NCBI GenBank assembly: GCA_965238275.1
Contig: OZ250186.1
Span: 1,120,001-1,184,000, forward strand
Origin: Nitrosopumilus sp.
GTDB lineage: Archaea > Thermoproteota > Nitrososphaeria > Nitrososphaerales > Nitrosopumilaceae
Direction: 5' to 3'
DNA: 64,000 nucleotides
Notes under the pieces: generated by a model
What the model was told of the DNA's origin: nothing
The model's input: the letters and a program-made list of their open reading frames with translations, nothing else
The model's database searches: none
Made by a program: the position numbers and the translations under genes
Shown: one piece after another, positions 63,215-64,000 of the stretch
How positions within the stretch are numbered: position 1 is the stretch's first letter
Layout of the letters: the number at the start of each line of letters is the position of its first letter

Positions 63215-64000
63215 ATCTCTTTTTGGAATTTCCTGATCTCCTCGTCAGGCGCCCTTCTTGCATGTTTTCCTACGGGAACCTTCTGGGAATAGCCCCACCC
63301 GCGCAGTATCTGGCGCACATATCCGAGTTCGTACCTTACTCCGGTCTTCTGTTGGATGTATTGCTGCATCTCCATGCCCGTCCAGACAGGTTTCCTGCAT
63401 GCGGCCTTTCTGATCTTCTTCATGTCTGCCTTGCTCGCCTTGGTCGGCCTGCCGGAACGCGGCATGTTTCCCAGCCTGTCAAATCCGACTTCCAGGTAGC
63501 GCTCGTGCCACTTGTAGCCCCACGAGGCTGACTTTCCCAGGGATTTTGCAGAATCCCTCATGGTTATCCCGTCACGTTTGACTCTGATGATCAGCATCAT
63601 GCGGTCCTTGGTATCGCAGTCTGTCTCAGCGGCGTATCTTTTCAACATCGTCTTGATCTTCATTGACTATGCTACGTGAAATAAGCATAATTTCACATGG
63701 AGTTAAAATATTTTACAATCACATCAATTTTTCATCTTTGGTATACCAGGCCGGAGGACCGCACGTACGAGCTGCATGTCCAGGTACATATGGCCAAGCC
63801 AATATGCAGTGCCAGCGACATTATCGGTATAGACGTCGGCGCCGTCAACATGATGGCCGTGCACAACCTGAACAATGACGAGTCTGTCCTGCTGACTCTC
63901 CCGGAGAACGCCACGCGGTACAAGGGAGACTCCATTGACAGGAAAAAGTCCGCGCAGTCAAAACGCAAGAAAGGAAGCAACTCGTGGAAAAAGGAGCAGG

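Larger units (their letters stand above)
61399..63743 (-). mobile_element. IS630-family element (transposase 61591..63663 split by IS481)
   Basis: Imperfect TIR TACCAGCAATGAAAAATT / AATTTTTCATCTTTGGTA; TA duplication (61397-61398 / 63744-63745). Confidence 0.93.
60810..64000 (+). mobile_element. TnpB-only element copy 2 with nested IS630 and IS481; continues past the window
   Basis: Leader identical to copy 1; tnpB halves flank the IS630. Confidence 0.88.
60876..64000 (+). pseudogene. tnpB: tnpB interrupted by IS630 at a TA
   Basis: KITKH|TRPEDRTYELHVQVH...IIGIDVGAVNMM is restored in frame. Confidence 0.9.

Overview
This window is an archaeal chromosome segment, most likely from Nitrosopumilaceae (Thaumarchaeota), judged from TBP, asd, an archaeal type IV pilin and tRNA-Leu(TAA). 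A symbiont lifestyle is only an inference from the IS load. About 26 kb (~40%, summed by hand) consists of ~18 IS elements or remnants: six single-ORF IS66, four IS630, two ISH3, three IS5 (one a remnant), one IS481 and two TnpB-only elements. Most have readable terminal repeats and target duplications, and removing them by eye restores in-frame genes: a Type III R-M system (mod hit twice, res once), a TadC/ArlJ-like pilus platform (hit twice) and several unknown genes. Accessory content includes a VirB6/TrbL-like protein with a duplicated C-terminal module, an XPB-like helicase fragment, a paralog-rich cluster with two UvrD helicases, and about ten small Cys-rich zinc proteins. The most interesting candidate is a two-copy, transposase-less TnpB element whose ends look like terminal inverted repeats and which inserted without a target duplication; copy 2 contains an IS630 that itself contains an IS481. 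All calls are by eye; no searches were run.
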